NCBI GenBank assembly: GCA_050330635.1
Contig: JBHJNQ010000046.1
Span: forward strand, 2,808-66,807
Source: Acidimicrobiales bacterium
Lineage (GTDB): Bacteria > Actinomycetota > Acidimicrobiia > Acidimicrobiales > SZUA-35
Direction: 5' to 3'
DNA: 64,000 bases
Shown here: in pieces, positions 16,958 through 26,317 of the stretch
Numbering within the stretch: position 1 is the first letter of the stretch
Layout of the letters: the number at the start of each line of letters is the position of its first letter
Notes under the pieces: generated by a model
Seen by the model: only the letters and a program-made list of their open reading frames with translations
What the model was told of the DNA's origin: nothing
Database searches by the model: none
Program-made: the position numbers and the translations under genes

Positions 16958-17995
16958 TCAGCCCCCGGTGGGGTCGACCATGATCTTGACGGCCTTGACG
17001 CGACGGTTGGCCAGGTCGTCGATCATCGACGGCAACTCGTCGAGCGTGACCGTGCCGCTCACCATCCCGTCGGTCGAGATGCGCCCGGTGGCGATCAGAT
17101 CGGCGCAGATGGCCATCTCGTCGAGGGTGGAACGGATCGAGGTGTCGACCGATACCTCCTTCATCATCCACCGCATGGGCTGGATCGTCGCAGCCTCGCC
17201 GGTGACGCCCACCATGCACACCGACCCGCCCCGACGGACCATGTCGACCGACTGCTGCAACGTCGCCGGAATTCCGGCGCAGTCGTAGGCGATGTCGGCC
17301 CGCAGGCCGCCGGTCAGCTCGTCGACCGCCGCCTCCAGCTCCTTGCCGGGGGCGACCGCCACGTCGGCTCCGAGGGCCAGGGCCGTCAGGCGGCGCTCCT
17401 CCGACGGTTCGACCGCCACCACCCGGCCGGCGCCGCCGATCCGGGCGCACTGAATGGCCATCAGTCCGATGGGTCCGCAGCCCACCACGCAGGCCACATC
17501 CCCGATCCGTAGCCTCGACCGTCGGACGGCGTGGAGGGCGACCGACGCCGGCTCGGCCAGCGCCATCTGCTCGTCGCTCGCCCCCTCGGGCACGACGACG
17601 AGGCGCTCGGCGTTGAGGGTCATGTAGGGGGCGAAGCCGCCCGAGCTGGGGGCGTTGCGACCGCCGTACTGGCTCGCCGCCACCCGACAGAAGTGGGGGA
17701 TGTCGGCCCGGCACTCCTGGCACGACCCGCAGCCTGGCGCCTGACCGCCGATGACCCGCATGCCCTCCGCCATCAGGTCGGGCGACACGGCACCGTCGAT
17801 GTCGACCACCGTGCCCACCCACTCGTGGCCGCAGATCCCGGGGGCGTACGACCAGCCATCCTGGTAGGCGTGCACGTCGCTGCCGCAGATACCACAGCGG
17901 GCGATCTCGACGACGACCTGACCCGGGCCGGCGGCGGGATCGCCGACCTCGACCAGTTCGAACTGCTCCTTGCCCAACACCAACCCGGCGCGCAT
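16958..17995 (-). CDS. zinc-dependent alcohol/threonine dehydrogenase-family oxidoreductase (MDR)
   Basis: Starts at ATG 17995 (MRAGLVLG). Shows the catalytic-zinc motif CGICGSDVH, GHEWVG, the structural-zinc cysteines CGSCQECR..C and the Rossmann motif VVGCGPIG. Confidence 0.9.
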   Translation of the reverse strand: MRAGLVLGKEQFELVEVGDPAAGPGQVVVEIARCGICGSDVHAYQDGWSYAPGICGHEWVGTVVDIDGAVSPDLMAEGMRVIGGQAPGCGSCQECRADIPHFCRVAASQYGGRNAPSSGGFAPYMTLNAERLVVVPEGASDEQMALAEPASVALHAVRRSRLRIGDVACVVGCGPIGLMAIQCARIGGAGRVVAVEPSEERRLTALALGADVAVAPGKELEAAVDELTGGLRADIAYDCAGIPATLQQSVDMVRRGGSVCMVGVTGEAATIQPMRWMMKEVSVDTSIRSTLDEMAICADLIATGRISTDGMVSGTVTLDELPSMIDDLANRRVKAVKIMVDPTGG

Positions 17996-18129
17996 CGGCG
18001 GCCTCCTTCGCTCACCGGCGAGTCTGACAGCTCGCAGCGGTCGGGAGCGAGGCGGATGAACGAGCGCGGACGCCGCCGGCCCCCGGCGCGCGTTCTGGCC
18101 CCGGCCCACCGGGCCCAGGGTCGCTGGGC

Positions 18130-19065
18130 TCAGACGGCCAGCAGGTCTCGGGCGCCGGTGTCGGACGAGGGGTGCCGGAGCTTCGACATCGCCCGGGCCT
18201 CGATCTGGCGGATCCGCTCCCGGGTGAGGTTGAAGTACTCCCCCACCTCTTCGAGCGTGCGGGGCTCGCCCCGGTCGAGCCCGAAGCGCAGCTTCAGGAT
18301 CTCCCGCTCCCGCTCGTCGAGCGGGGCCAGCAGCCGAGCGATCTCCTCCGGCAGCAGGGCGGTGGCTGCCACCTCGAACGGGGAGTCAGCCGAGCGGTCC
18401 TCGACGACATCGCCCAGCTCGGCGTCGCCGTCCTCGCGGAGCGGCTCCGACAGCGAGAGGGGCTCGGCGGCGAAGCGGAGCGCCTCGGTCACCTTGTCTT
18501 CGGGCATCTCGACCTCGAGCGCCAGCTCGGTGAGCGTGGCCGGCCGGCCGTACTTCAGCTCGAGCCGGGCCCGGGCTTTCTGCAGGCGAGCCAACGTGTC
18601 GCCGGCGTGCACGGGCAGCCGGATCGTGCGACCGGTGTTGGCGATGCCCCTGGTGATGGCCTGCCGGATCCACCAGGTGGCGTAGGTGGAGAACTTGAAA
18701 CCCTTCCGCCAGTCGAACTTCTCTACGGCGTGCATCAAACCGAGATTGCCCTCCTGTATGAGGTCGAGGAGGGGCAGACCGGAAGCCTGGTACTTCTTGG
18801 CGATGGAGACGACGAGACGGAGGTTGGACTGGACGAACGTGCGCTCGGCTTCCCGCCCCTTGCGGGCCACACGACGGAGCTCGCGCTTGCGTGCGGGTGA
18901 AACGTCGGCGTCGACTTCGAGTTCTTCGGCTGCTTCCTTGCCCTGCTCGATGGCTTGGGCCAGCCGGACCTCATCTTCCTTGGTGAGCAGCGGATACTGA
19001 CCTATATCGGTGAGGTACAGTCTGACGAGATCTTCCTCGTCTCGCTCGACGCGCTCCTTGGCCAA
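18130..19065 (-). CDS. housekeeping-type (group 1/2) RNA polymerase sigma-70 factor
   Basis: Conserved regions include LVRLYLTDIGQYPLLTKEDE, NLRLVVSIAKKY, DLIQEGNLGLMHAVEKFDWRKGFKFSTYATWWIRQAI and LEEVGEYFNLTRERIRQIE. The start is placed at TTG 19065, behind a GAGAGG Shine-Dalgarno. No long region 1.1 is present. Confidence 0.9.
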   Translation of the reverse strand: MAKERVERDEEDLVRLYLTDIGQYPLLTKEDEVRLAQAIEQGKEAAEELEVDADVSPARKRELRRVARKGREAERTFVQSNLRLVVSIAKKYQASGLPLLDLIQEGNLGLMHAVEKFDWRKGFKFSTYATWWIRQAITRGIANTGRTIRLPVHAGDTLARLQKARARLELKYGRPATLTELALEVEMPEDKVTEALRFAAEPLSLSEPLREDGDAELGDVVEDRSADSPFEVAATALLPEEIARLLAPLDEREREILKLRFGLDRGEPRTLEEVGEYFNLTRERIRQIEARAMSKLRHPSSDTGARDLLAV

Positions 19066-19341
19066 GGATCCAACCTCTCGTCTACCGACGGAGCCGGTGG
19101 CCCCATCGCGGCACCAAGCTGGGCTTCCTGCAAAGGGTAGCCAGGTCGCTGCCGTTCTGTGCTGTCGAAGTCTACATTGCAAGGTGAACGTTGCAGCGCC
19201 GATCACCTTTGACCAGCACCGCAACTACACCATGTTCTCGGCAGCGGTGGCAATCCGCTTGAGGTGACGGGGGAGCCGACGGTGTTCGACCAGCATCGCC
19301 AGGAGGCGGATGAGCGGGGCGCCGACCAGGGGGAACCGGTG

Positions 19342-19632
19342 ATGGTGGTCCTCCAGTTCACCACCGACCGACCCGACGCCCTGTTCGAGGTCCTGTCACA
19401 CTACGTGGTCGCCAGCCGCGGAGCGGAGGGGGCACGCAACATCGACCTGGTGGCGTCGGCCACGACCCCGGGGCGGGTTCTTGTGGTCGAGAAGTGGGAT
19501 TCGGCCCGGGCCCAGCGGGCCCACTTCGACAGCGCCGAGATGGTCGAGATGGCCCGGGCCTGCGCCGACGTGCTCACGACCGCCCCCGACATCGATCTCT
19601 TCCACAACGTCTCCATGCACGACCTGGCCTGA
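19342..19632 (+). CDS. ABM-domain (antibiotic-biosynthesis-monooxygenase-like) protein
   Basis: ATG 19342 sits behind AGGGGGA. The 96-aa ferredoxin-like dimeric alpha/beta pattern reads MVVLQFTT...LVVEKWDSARAQRAHFDS. Confidence 0.65.
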   Translation: MVVLQFTTDRPDALFEVLSHYVVASRGAEGARNIDLVASATTPGRVLVVEKWDSARAQRAHFDSAEMVEMARACADVLTTAPDIDLFHNVSMHDLA

Positions 19633-19700
19633 CGGAACGAGCCAACCAGCCACAGCGGAGGAGTTCGCCTGCGAACTCCGGCAGCCCGGCCCCCCCGGGA

Positions 19701-20261
19701 TCAGTTGTCGACGACCAGGTGGTCGATCGCCTCGTCGGACAGGGCCACGATCTGGGCCCAGGTCAGGCCGTCGGCCTCCCACAACCGGTCGAAGACCCGG
19801 TCGGCCAGGTCGCTGAACCCGTGGCGGTTGCGGAAGTTGTAGCGGAAGCGGGGCGTGTGGAGCCGCAGGCCCAGCCGGCCCACACGGCCGTAGAGGTTGA
19901 CGTCCCACGCCATACGGTGGGCGTGCGACACGTCGGCGCCGAGGGCGGGTGCCCCGAAGGCGTCGGACCACCGGTCGGTCAGCTCGAGGAACAGACGGCT
20001 GAAGGCCACCTCGGCCTCGAGGTGCCCCAGCCGGCGGGGGTCGCGGAGGTTCTCCACCGCTCCGCTGTCGAGCTCGAACACCAACGGGTCGAGCGACACG
20101 ATCCACAGCCGGGTGGTGGCCTGCATCTCGTCGATCCGGATCTCAACGTCGAGACCGTCGGCCAACGACGGGATGCGGCCGAGCGCCCGCTCGGCGCACT
20201 CCCTGAGCTCGCCGACGTCGTACTCGACCTTCGTGTACGTCTCGGGGACGACGGTGATCAT
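19701..20261 (-). CDS. conserved-looking hypothetical protein (186 aa)
   Basis: Balanced, non-shadow composition. Its ATG lies 1 nt after the stop of the upstream gene (GGGGTGAGATG). I recognise no motif. Confidence 0.6.
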   Translation of the reverse strand: MITVVPETYTKVEYDVGELRECAERALGRIPSLADGLDVEIRIDEMQATTRLWIVSLDPLVFELDSGAVENLRDPRRLGHLEAEVAFSRLFLELTDRWSDAFGAPALGADVSHAHRMAWDVNLYGRVGRLGLRLHTPRFRYNFRNRHGFSDLADRVFDRLWEADGLTWAQIVALSDEAIDHLVVDN

Positions 20262-20262
20262 C

Positions 20263-20931
20263 TCACCCCACCTGCGATCCGGCCTCGTCGCCTGCCGGTT
20301 CGAACGACCCGATCGACCCCGGCCCCACCACCCCTCCGGCCGCCACCATCAGCTTGGTCAGCTCCGCCTGGCGGGCGGCGGCCCGGTCGACCTCGTCGTC
20401 GGTCTCGATCAACGACTGGAGGATCATCTCCCCCTCCCGCCACTCCTCCATGTCGTCGAGGAGGCAGAAGTTGAGCGACCGGATCGTGGGGGCGTCGGTG
20501 ATCTGGCTCGTGTTGTTCAGGTGGTACGTGTAGGCGGCGATGAGATGAGGCAGCAGCACCCGGTACAGGCCGACCAGTTTCTCGATCGTTTCACCGGGGG
20601 TCTCCGGGGCTCCGAGCGCCTCGACGAACGCCTCCATCTCCCGGTTCGGGGCGACGGTCAACCGCTCGGGGTTCATCTCCCGCAGCTCGGGGAGCCGCTT
20701 GTGCCACAGCTCCGAGTGGAAGGCGTGGTGATAGCAGTGGGTTCCGAGCCGGAGCTTGATGTCGAGCTCGGGCACCGTGGCCACCCACCCTCCCATCAGC
20801 TCGAAGATCCGCATCTCGATCCACTTGTAGTGACCCACCCGCGTCGCCGTCTCCTCCACGGTGAACGAACCGGGCAGCTCACGCCGATCCCACGGCGCAA
20901 ACGCGGCCCTCGGTTTCTGCGGATCGGCCAT
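20263..20931 (-). CDS. hypothetical helical protein with a His-rich candidate metal-binding motif (222 aa)
   Basis: Starts at ATG 20931 (MADPQKP). Contains THCYHHAFHSELWH and a later E-rich helix (LLDDMEEWREGEM). This suggests a helical-bundle metalloprotein, but I could not assign a family. Confidence 0.6.
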   Translation of the reverse strand: MADPQKPRAAFAPWDRRELPGSFTVEETATRVGHYKWIEMRIFELMGGWVATVPELDIKLRLGTHCYHHAFHSELWHKRLPELREMNPERLTVAPNREMEAFVEALGAPETPGETIEKLVGLYRVLLPHLIAAYTYHLNNTSQITDAPTIRSLNFCLLDDMEEWREGEMILQSLIETDDEVDRAAARQAELTKLMVAAGGVVGPGSIGSFEPAGDEAGSQVG

Positions 20932-21170
20932 CGCCGCCCCCTTGCGTCTGGCCCCGGGGCGTACCGATCGGCGCCGCCCCCGAGCGGTCACATCGATCCG
21001 GGACCATAGTGCAACGGGAGGTCTCCCACGAGTCGGCGGCCGGGTTGGAGGAGACGGCGACCGACCGGACGAAGTAGGGTCCGGGGCACGGCTCGGCGAC
21101 TCGGGGCCCGTACCGACCACCACCGCCCACCACCGCCGGCCGCTGCGCACGAGACGAGGGAGCCGAGGCC

Positions 21171-22223
21171 GTGGCCGAACTGCTTTTGGCGGGGGTGACC
21201 CACTACCCGCCGCTGGCCGGAATCGACGACGAGATGGCCGGGATCCACCGCCGTATGCTGGCCGATCCCGACGTGCCGGAGCACGAGAAGAACCCGGCGA
21301 ACTGGCCCGCGGCCCAACGGGCCGAGTGGGGCGACGACGAGGCCCGGTCCGCCGCCGCCGATCACCGCCGGCTCCTGCGCGCGGGGTTCGCCACCGTGCG
21401 GGCCGAGATCGAGCGGTTCGATCCCGACGCCATCCTCATCTGGGGCGACGACCAGTACGAGAACTTCACCGAGGACCTCATCCCCCCGTATGCCCTCCTG
21501 GCCTACGACGACCTGGTGGCCCGGCCCTGGATCAAGCGTCTCGCGCCCAACGCCTGGGGCGAGCCGGCCGACGCCGAGTTCGAGGTCAGGGGCCACCCCG
21601 AGCTGGCCCGGTGGCTTGCCGGAAACCTCCTCGACAACGGGATCGACGTCTCCTACGCCTACCGGCCCCGGAACCACCCCGACCTGGCCCACGCCTTCCT
21701 CAACGCCATCCTGTTCCTCGACTACGACCGTGAGGGGTTCCCGTGGCCGGTGGTGGCCATGCCGGTCAACTGCTACGGACGCCGGGTCATCTCGGCCCGG
21801 GGCACCTGGAAGCCGCTGGGTGAGGAGCTCGTGCTCGACCCCCCGTCGCCGTCACCGAGCCGGCTGATGGACGTCGGCGGAGCGGTGGCCCGGGCCCTGC
21901 AGGCCAGCCCGTGGCGGGTCGTGCTGCTGGCCTCCTCATCGTGGTCGCACGCCTTCCTCGTCGACCACAACTACCGCCTCCGGCCCGACATCCCCGCCGA
22001 TCGTCGTCTCTACGACGCCCTGGTGGCCGGCGAGTTCGGGACGTGGGCGGAAACCCCCCTGTCGTCGGTCGAGCACGCCGGCCAGCAGGAGGTCCTCAAC
22101 TGGTGGTGCCTGGCGGGGGCGGCCCGCCAGCTCGACCTCGGGGGCCCCGCCTGGTCGACGTTCATCGAGACCCAGTGCTTCAACTCCAACAAGGTGTTCG
22201 CCACCTGGGAACCCGTCGGATGA
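21171..22223 (+). CDS. class III (LigB-type) extradiol ring-cleavage dioxygenase family protein
   Basis: GTG start behind GAGGGAG. The N-terminal GVTHYPPL, then ILIWGDDQYENF, ...HAF... and ...SSSWSHAF are typical LigB-superfamily features. Confidence 0.75.
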   Translation: MAELLLAGVTHYPPLAGIDDEMAGIHRRMLADPDVPEHEKNPANWPAAQRAEWGDDEARSAAADHRRLLRAGFATVRAEIERFDPDAILIWGDDQYENFTEDLIPPYALLAYDDLVARPWIKRLAPNAWGEPADAEFEVRGHPELARWLAGNLLDNGIDVSYAYRPRNHPDLAHAFLNAILFLDYDREGFPWPVVAMPVNCYGRRVISARGTWKPLGEELVLDPPSPSPSRLMDVGGAVARALQASPWRVVLLASSSWSHAFLVDHNYRLRPDIPADRRLYDALVAGEFGTWAETPLSSVEHAGQQEVLNWWCLAGAARQLDLGGPAWSTFIETQCFNSNKVFATWEPVG

Positions 22224-23041
22224 CGGCCGACGGCACCGGCCGCCTGGCCGGCAAGGTCGCCCTCGTCACCGGCACCAGCCCCAACATCGGCGGGGTGGCC
22301 GCCTCCGGGTTCGCCGCCGAGGGGGCCCGGGTGGCGTGCAACGACCTCGACCCGGCGGTCGCCGCCGACCGGGCCGAGCGGATCACCGCCGGCGGTGGGG
22401 AGGCCATGGCCGTGCCGTGCGACGTGACCGACGAGGCCGCCGTCGACGCCATGGTGGCGGCCGTGGTCGAGCGGTGGGGCGGCGTCGACATCGTGCTCAA
22501 CAACGCCGTGCAGTTCAACGCCCGGGGCCTGCTCGACATGCCCGTAGATCAGTACCGCCGCCAGCTCGACATCATCTGCGGCGGCGCCTTCCTCGTGACC
22601 AGGGCTGCGGCCCGGGCCATGATCGAGCGGGGCCGGGGGGGCTCGATCATCAACGTGTTGTCGACGGCGGCGTGGCAGGGTCAGGCCGGCAACGTCGGGT
22701 ACTGCACCGGCAAGTCGGGCCTTATCAACTTCACCCGGTCGGTGGCGATGGAGCTCGCCCCTCACGGGATCCGGGTCAACGGGTTCACCCCCACCGCCAC
22801 CCGGCCCGACGATCCCGACCTGCGGGAGCGGTTCGACGGTCGGGCGGTGACGGCCGCCGAGGCCGGCATGGACTTCTGGAACCAGGTTCCCCTCCGCCTG
22901 CCGGCCCCGTCGGACTACGTGGCCCCCCTCGTGTTCCTGGCCTCCGACGACTCGGCCCTCATGACCGGGGGCTCGATCACCGTCGACGGGGGCGCCCTGT
23001 CGAAGTACTGGCCCCAACGCCCGGCCCGCCACGCGGGCTGA
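22220..23041 (+). CDS. short-chain dehydrogenase/reductase (SDR)
   Basis: ATGA overlap with the upstream gene. Shows LAGKVALVTGTSPNIGG and NNAV, and the catalytic YCTGK. Confidence 0.9.
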   Translation: MTADGTGRLAGKVALVTGTSPNIGGVAASGFAAEGARVACNDLDPAVAADRAERITAGGGEAMAVPCDVTDEAAVDAMVAAVVERWGGVDIVLNNAVQFNARGLLDMPVDQYRRQLDIICGGAFLVTRAAARAMIERGRGGSIINVLSTAAWQGQAGNVGYCTGKSGLINFTRSVAMELAPHGIRVNGFTPTATRPDDPDLRERFDGRAVTAAEAGMDFWNQVPLRLPAPSDYVAPLVFLASDDSALMTGGSITVDGGALSKYWPQRPARHAG

Positions 23042-23052
23042 GAGGAGGACCC

Positions 23053-24411
23053 ATGGAAGGCCGGCTGTTCATCGCCGAGGACCGCGAGGCCGAGACCTTC
23101 CGGGTCCATCGCTCCGCCATGGTCGACCCCGACGTGCTCGAGGCGGAGCGCACCGCCATCTTCGAGCGGTGCTGGCTCTACGTCGGCCACGAGTCGGAGG
23201 TGGCCGAACCCCACGACTTCCGCACCCGCGACGTGGGGGGCAGGCCGATCATCATGACCCGCGACGCCGGCGGCGAGCTCCACGTCATGCTCAACACCTG
23301 CCCCCACCGGGGTATGGAGGTGGAGGGCAGGGCCGAGGGCAACGGCCGGTTCCTCAAGTGCTTCTACCACGGGTGGAGCTTCGACTCGGCCGGCCAGCTC
23401 GTTGCCCTACGGGACGAGGGGGGCTACGGACGGTCGTGGGACCGGGCCGCCATGTGCCTGCCCCGACCCCCGAAAGTCGACTCCTACCGGGGCTTCGTGT
23501 TCCTCAACTGGGATCCCGACGCCCTCGCCCTCGGCGACTATCTGGGCCACTCCCGCACCATCCTCGACCTGGTGGCCGACCAATCGGAGCACGGGATGGC
23601 CGTCGTCGGCGGCTCCCACCTCTACTCGATGCGGGCCAACTGGAAACTGCTGGTCGAGAACAGCTTCGACCAGTACCACGCCATGACCACCCACCAGCGC
23701 TACGTCGAGATGTTGAAGGCGTCGGGCCGCCAGTTCAACACCGCCATCGACCAGCCGGCCGCATCGGGGGTCGACCGGCGCCTCCCCCTCGATCTGGGCA
23801 ACGGCCACGCCGTCAGCTGGAGCGTCGACGCCAGCAAGGGCAACGTGTTGGGTGGGCTCGGTCGCTCGTTCCCCGACGACGAGGCCAGAGCCAAGCACCT
23901 GGCCCGCCGTGACCGGTTGGTCGAGCTGTACGGCGAGCCCTGGGTCGACCGGATGCTGGGCGGTCGCAACCACCTCATCTTCCCCAACCTGTTCGTCATC
24001 GACCTGGTCATGGGCTGCACCATCCGCACGTTCTTCCCCGCCGCCCCCGACTACATGGAAGTGTCGGCCTGGCAGCTCGTGCCCCGGGGCGAGGACGACC
24101 AGCTCCGGGCCATGCGAATGGCCAACTTCCTCACCTTCTGGGGACCGGCCGGGCTCGCCACCCCCGACGACGTCGAGGCCCTCGAACGGTGCCAGCAGGG
24201 CTTCCGGGCCCACCGGGCCGCGCCGTGGAACGACCTGTCCCGGGGCATGAACGGGCACCCCGACAACAACGAGGGACAGATGCGAGTCTTCTGGCGGCGG
24301 TGGAACCGGTTGCTCACGGGCCAGGACCTTCCGCCCGAACCCCACTATGCCTTCGATCCCGAGATCCATGGCCGCCACGTCGCCGGCCTGGCCGGCGGGG
24401 GTGACCGGTGA
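23053..24411 (+). CDS. Rieske-type aromatic ring-hydroxylating oxygenase, alpha subunit
   Basis: Strong Shine-Dalgarno AGAGGAGGA. The Rieske motif is CPHRG...CFYHGW. The mononuclear-iron motif is ENSFDQYHAMTTHQ. Confidence 0.9.
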   Translation: MEGRLFIAEDREAETFRVHRSAMVDPDVLEAERTAIFERCWLYVGHESEVAEPHDFRTRDVGGRPIIMTRDAGGELHVMLNTCPHRGMEVEGRAEGNGRFLKCFYHGWSFDSAGQLVALRDEGGYGRSWDRAAMCLPRPPKVDSYRGFVFLNWDPDALALGDYLGHSRTILDLVADQSEHGMAVVGGSHLYSMRANWKLLVENSFDQYHAMTTHQRYVEMLKASGRQFNTAIDQPAASGVDRRLPLDLGNGHAVSWSVDASKGNVLGGLGRSFPDDEARAKHLARRDRLVELYGEPWVDRMLGGRNHLIFPNLFVIDLVMGCTIRTFFPAAPDYMEVSAWQLVPRGEDDQLRAMRMANFLTFWGPAGLATPDDVEALERCQQGFRAHRAAPWNDLSRGMNGHPDNNEGQMRVFWRRWNRLLTGQDLPPEPHYAFDPEIHGRHVAGLAGGGDR

Positions 24412-24938
24412 TGGCGAGCCCAGACCCCGTCGTCCTCGGCCCGGCCGGCTCCACGTCGCCCGAGCTGCGCTACGCCGTCGAGGAGTTCCTCTACCACGAG
24501 GCCGATCTGCTCGACCGGTGGCGACTCGACGACTGGCTGGCGCTGTTCACCGACGAGTGCCTATTCCTCGTGCCCTCCACCGACCGGCCCGAGGGCGACC
24601 CGTTCACCGAGATGTTCCTCGTCCAGGACGACCGGTTCCTCCTCGAGCAGCGGGTCGACTCCCTCATGACGAAGACGGCGTGGGCCGAGTCGCCCCACTC
24701 CACCACCCGCCACCTGGTGACCAACGTGCGGGCCGCTCACCTCGGCGACGGGGCGGTGGAGGCCACCGCCAACTTCATCGTCACCCGGGCCCGGCGCGAC
24801 ACGGTCGACACGTACCCCGGCCGCTACGAGTTCCTGCTCGAGGCCGGCGGCCCGGCCGGGTTCCGTATCCGGACCCGCAAGGCCATCCTGGCCCTGGAGG
24901 AGCTCCGCCCCCACGGCCGGGTCAGCTTCATCCTCTGA
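24408..24938 (+). CDS. aromatic ring-hydroxylating oxygenase, beta subunit (NTF2-like)
   Basis: GTGA overlap with the alpha subunit. EEFLYHEADLLDRWRLDDWLALFTDE is typical of beta subunits. Confidence 0.85.
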   Translation: MMASPDPVVLGPAGSTSPELRYAVEEFLYHEADLLDRWRLDDWLALFTDECLFLVPSTDRPEGDPFTEMFLVQDDRFLLEQRVDSLMTKTAWAESPHSTTRHLVTNVRAAHLGDGAVEATANFIVTRARRDTVDTYPGRYEFLLEAGGPAGFRIRTRKAILALEELRPHGRVSFIL

Positions 24939-24980
24939 GTCACCGCCGTCCAGCGCCTCCGTCCTCCAGCGCTGCGCCGG

Positions 24981-26225
24981 CTACTTGCCGTTGACCGACC
25001 AGTGCCAGGGTTCGCTCGGCAGGTTGTACAGCCCGTACTTGGCGGCGTTGGCCTTGAGCCACTGGTAGCCGGCATTGGACCGACTGGAGATCGTGCTGCC
25101 GTTGTAGCGGAAGTCGATGGCCTTGCCCTGCTCGTGCTGCGACGCCCCGGGGCGGGCCGTCGGCGGCCGGCACTGCGACGATCGCATCTGGTAGACGGCG
25201 TAGTCGCTCGTGCCGCAGTGGGCCCGTCGCAACCGGATCTGCGACTGGGAGTCGCGGTAGCCGCCACCGGTGAACGAGTGGCCCTCCGACTCGGCCTGGT
25301 TGAGCAGCGCCTCCAGGTTCCCGGCGATGTCGGTGTGCACCCAGATGCCCCTCACGTTCACGATGTCGGCCGCCGAGGGGAACCCGACGGTACTCGTTCT
25401 CGACACCGGCGCCGGGCTCGACCGCTGGCGGGCCAGCGCGGCCTGGGCCGCCAGCTCCTCGTTCTTCTTCACGATCTCGTCGGACAGCTCCTTGTCGAGC
25501 TCCGACAGGGCCCACGCCTCGGCCAGCTCTCGTTCGAGCCGGTCCTCGGCCTCCTCGACCAGGGCGGCCTGTTCCCCCCGCCGGCGTTCCAGCTCGGCCA
25601 GGTCCTCGGCCAGTTGGATCTTGATTCGCTCGGCCTCCGCCGCCGCCGAGCTGGCCTCCAGCCGCTCGAGCTCCAGGTCTTCCTTGGCCACCTTGAGCTC
25701 GTCGGCCACCGATACGCCGTCCTCGGTCACCGATTCCACCAGCGACTGCATCCGCACCGCCTTGTTGGGATCGGCCTCTTCGAGGATGGGCGACCGTGGG
25801 TTGTTCTGCGACTTGAACGACGAGATGGCGCTCGTCGACAGCCTCCCCTCCAGCACCTCGATCTCGGCCGACTTCTCGACGACGGCCTGCACGGCGGCGT
25901 CGTAGCGGGCCTCGGCCGCCACCAGGGCCTGCTCGGCGGCCGACACCTTGGCCGCCTGCTCGTTCACCTCGGCGTTGAGGGCCTCGAGGGCGGCACTCAG
26001 CTCGGTGGCCTCCGCCGTGGCGACGTCGACCTCCTGGGCCTTCGCCTGCTTGTCCTGTTGGATCGCCGCCTGTTGCTGACGGAGCTCCTCGAGGTCTTCC
26101 TTGAGGCCGGCGCCGCCCGGGAGGGCGGTCGAGGCGATGAGGACGACGAGGACGACCGCAACGGGGGCTCGGACGCTGAGCGCAATGTGCGGAGTGGCCT
26201 TGAGTCTGGATGGGGAAAAACGCAT
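24981..26225 (-). CDS. secreted coiled-coil protein with a C-terminal VanY/M15B D-Ala-D-Ala carboxypeptidase domain
   Basis: Starts at ATG 26225 (MRFSPSRL) with a signal/anchor. About 250 aa of Ala/Glu/Leu-rich coiled coil follow, then the metal motifs GASQHEQGKAIDF and EPWHW. Confidence 0.8.
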   Translation of the reverse strand: MRFSPSRLKATPHIALSVRAPVAVVLVVLIASTALPGGAGLKEDLEELRQQQAAIQQDKQAKAQEVDVATAEATELSAALEALNAEVNEQAAKVSAAEQALVAAEARYDAAVQAVVEKSAEIEVLEGRLSTSAISSFKSQNNPRSPILEEADPNKAVRMQSLVESVTEDGVSVADELKVAKEDLELERLEASSAAAEAERIKIQLAEDLAELERRRGEQAALVEEAEDRLERELAEAWALSELDKELSDEIVKKNEELAAQAALARQRSSPAPVSRTSTVGFPSAADIVNVRGIWVHTDIAGNLEALLNQAESEGHSFTGGGYRDSQSQIRLRRAHCGTSDYAVYQMRSSQCRPPTARPGASQHEQGKAIDFRYNGSTISSRSNAGYQWLKANAAKYGLYNLPSEPWHWSVNGK

Positions 26226-26317
26226 GACAAAATCACCGGCCACCCGCCGACGAGGAGCGTACCCGAGCCGCCGGCCGAGGTGGTGCATGGTCGCTCGCCT
26301 TCGCCGATGGGCCGCCC

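Noticed and set aside
19066-19341. Promoter elements and a TGCAA…TTGCA inverted repeat in the lower-GC spacer upstream of the sigma-70 gene and the divergent ABM gene.
   Set aside because: The candidate -35/-10 hexamers (CTGCAA-N16-TAGACT; TTGCAA-N18-GATCAC) are weak and ambiguous. They cannot be supported without transcription start-site data.
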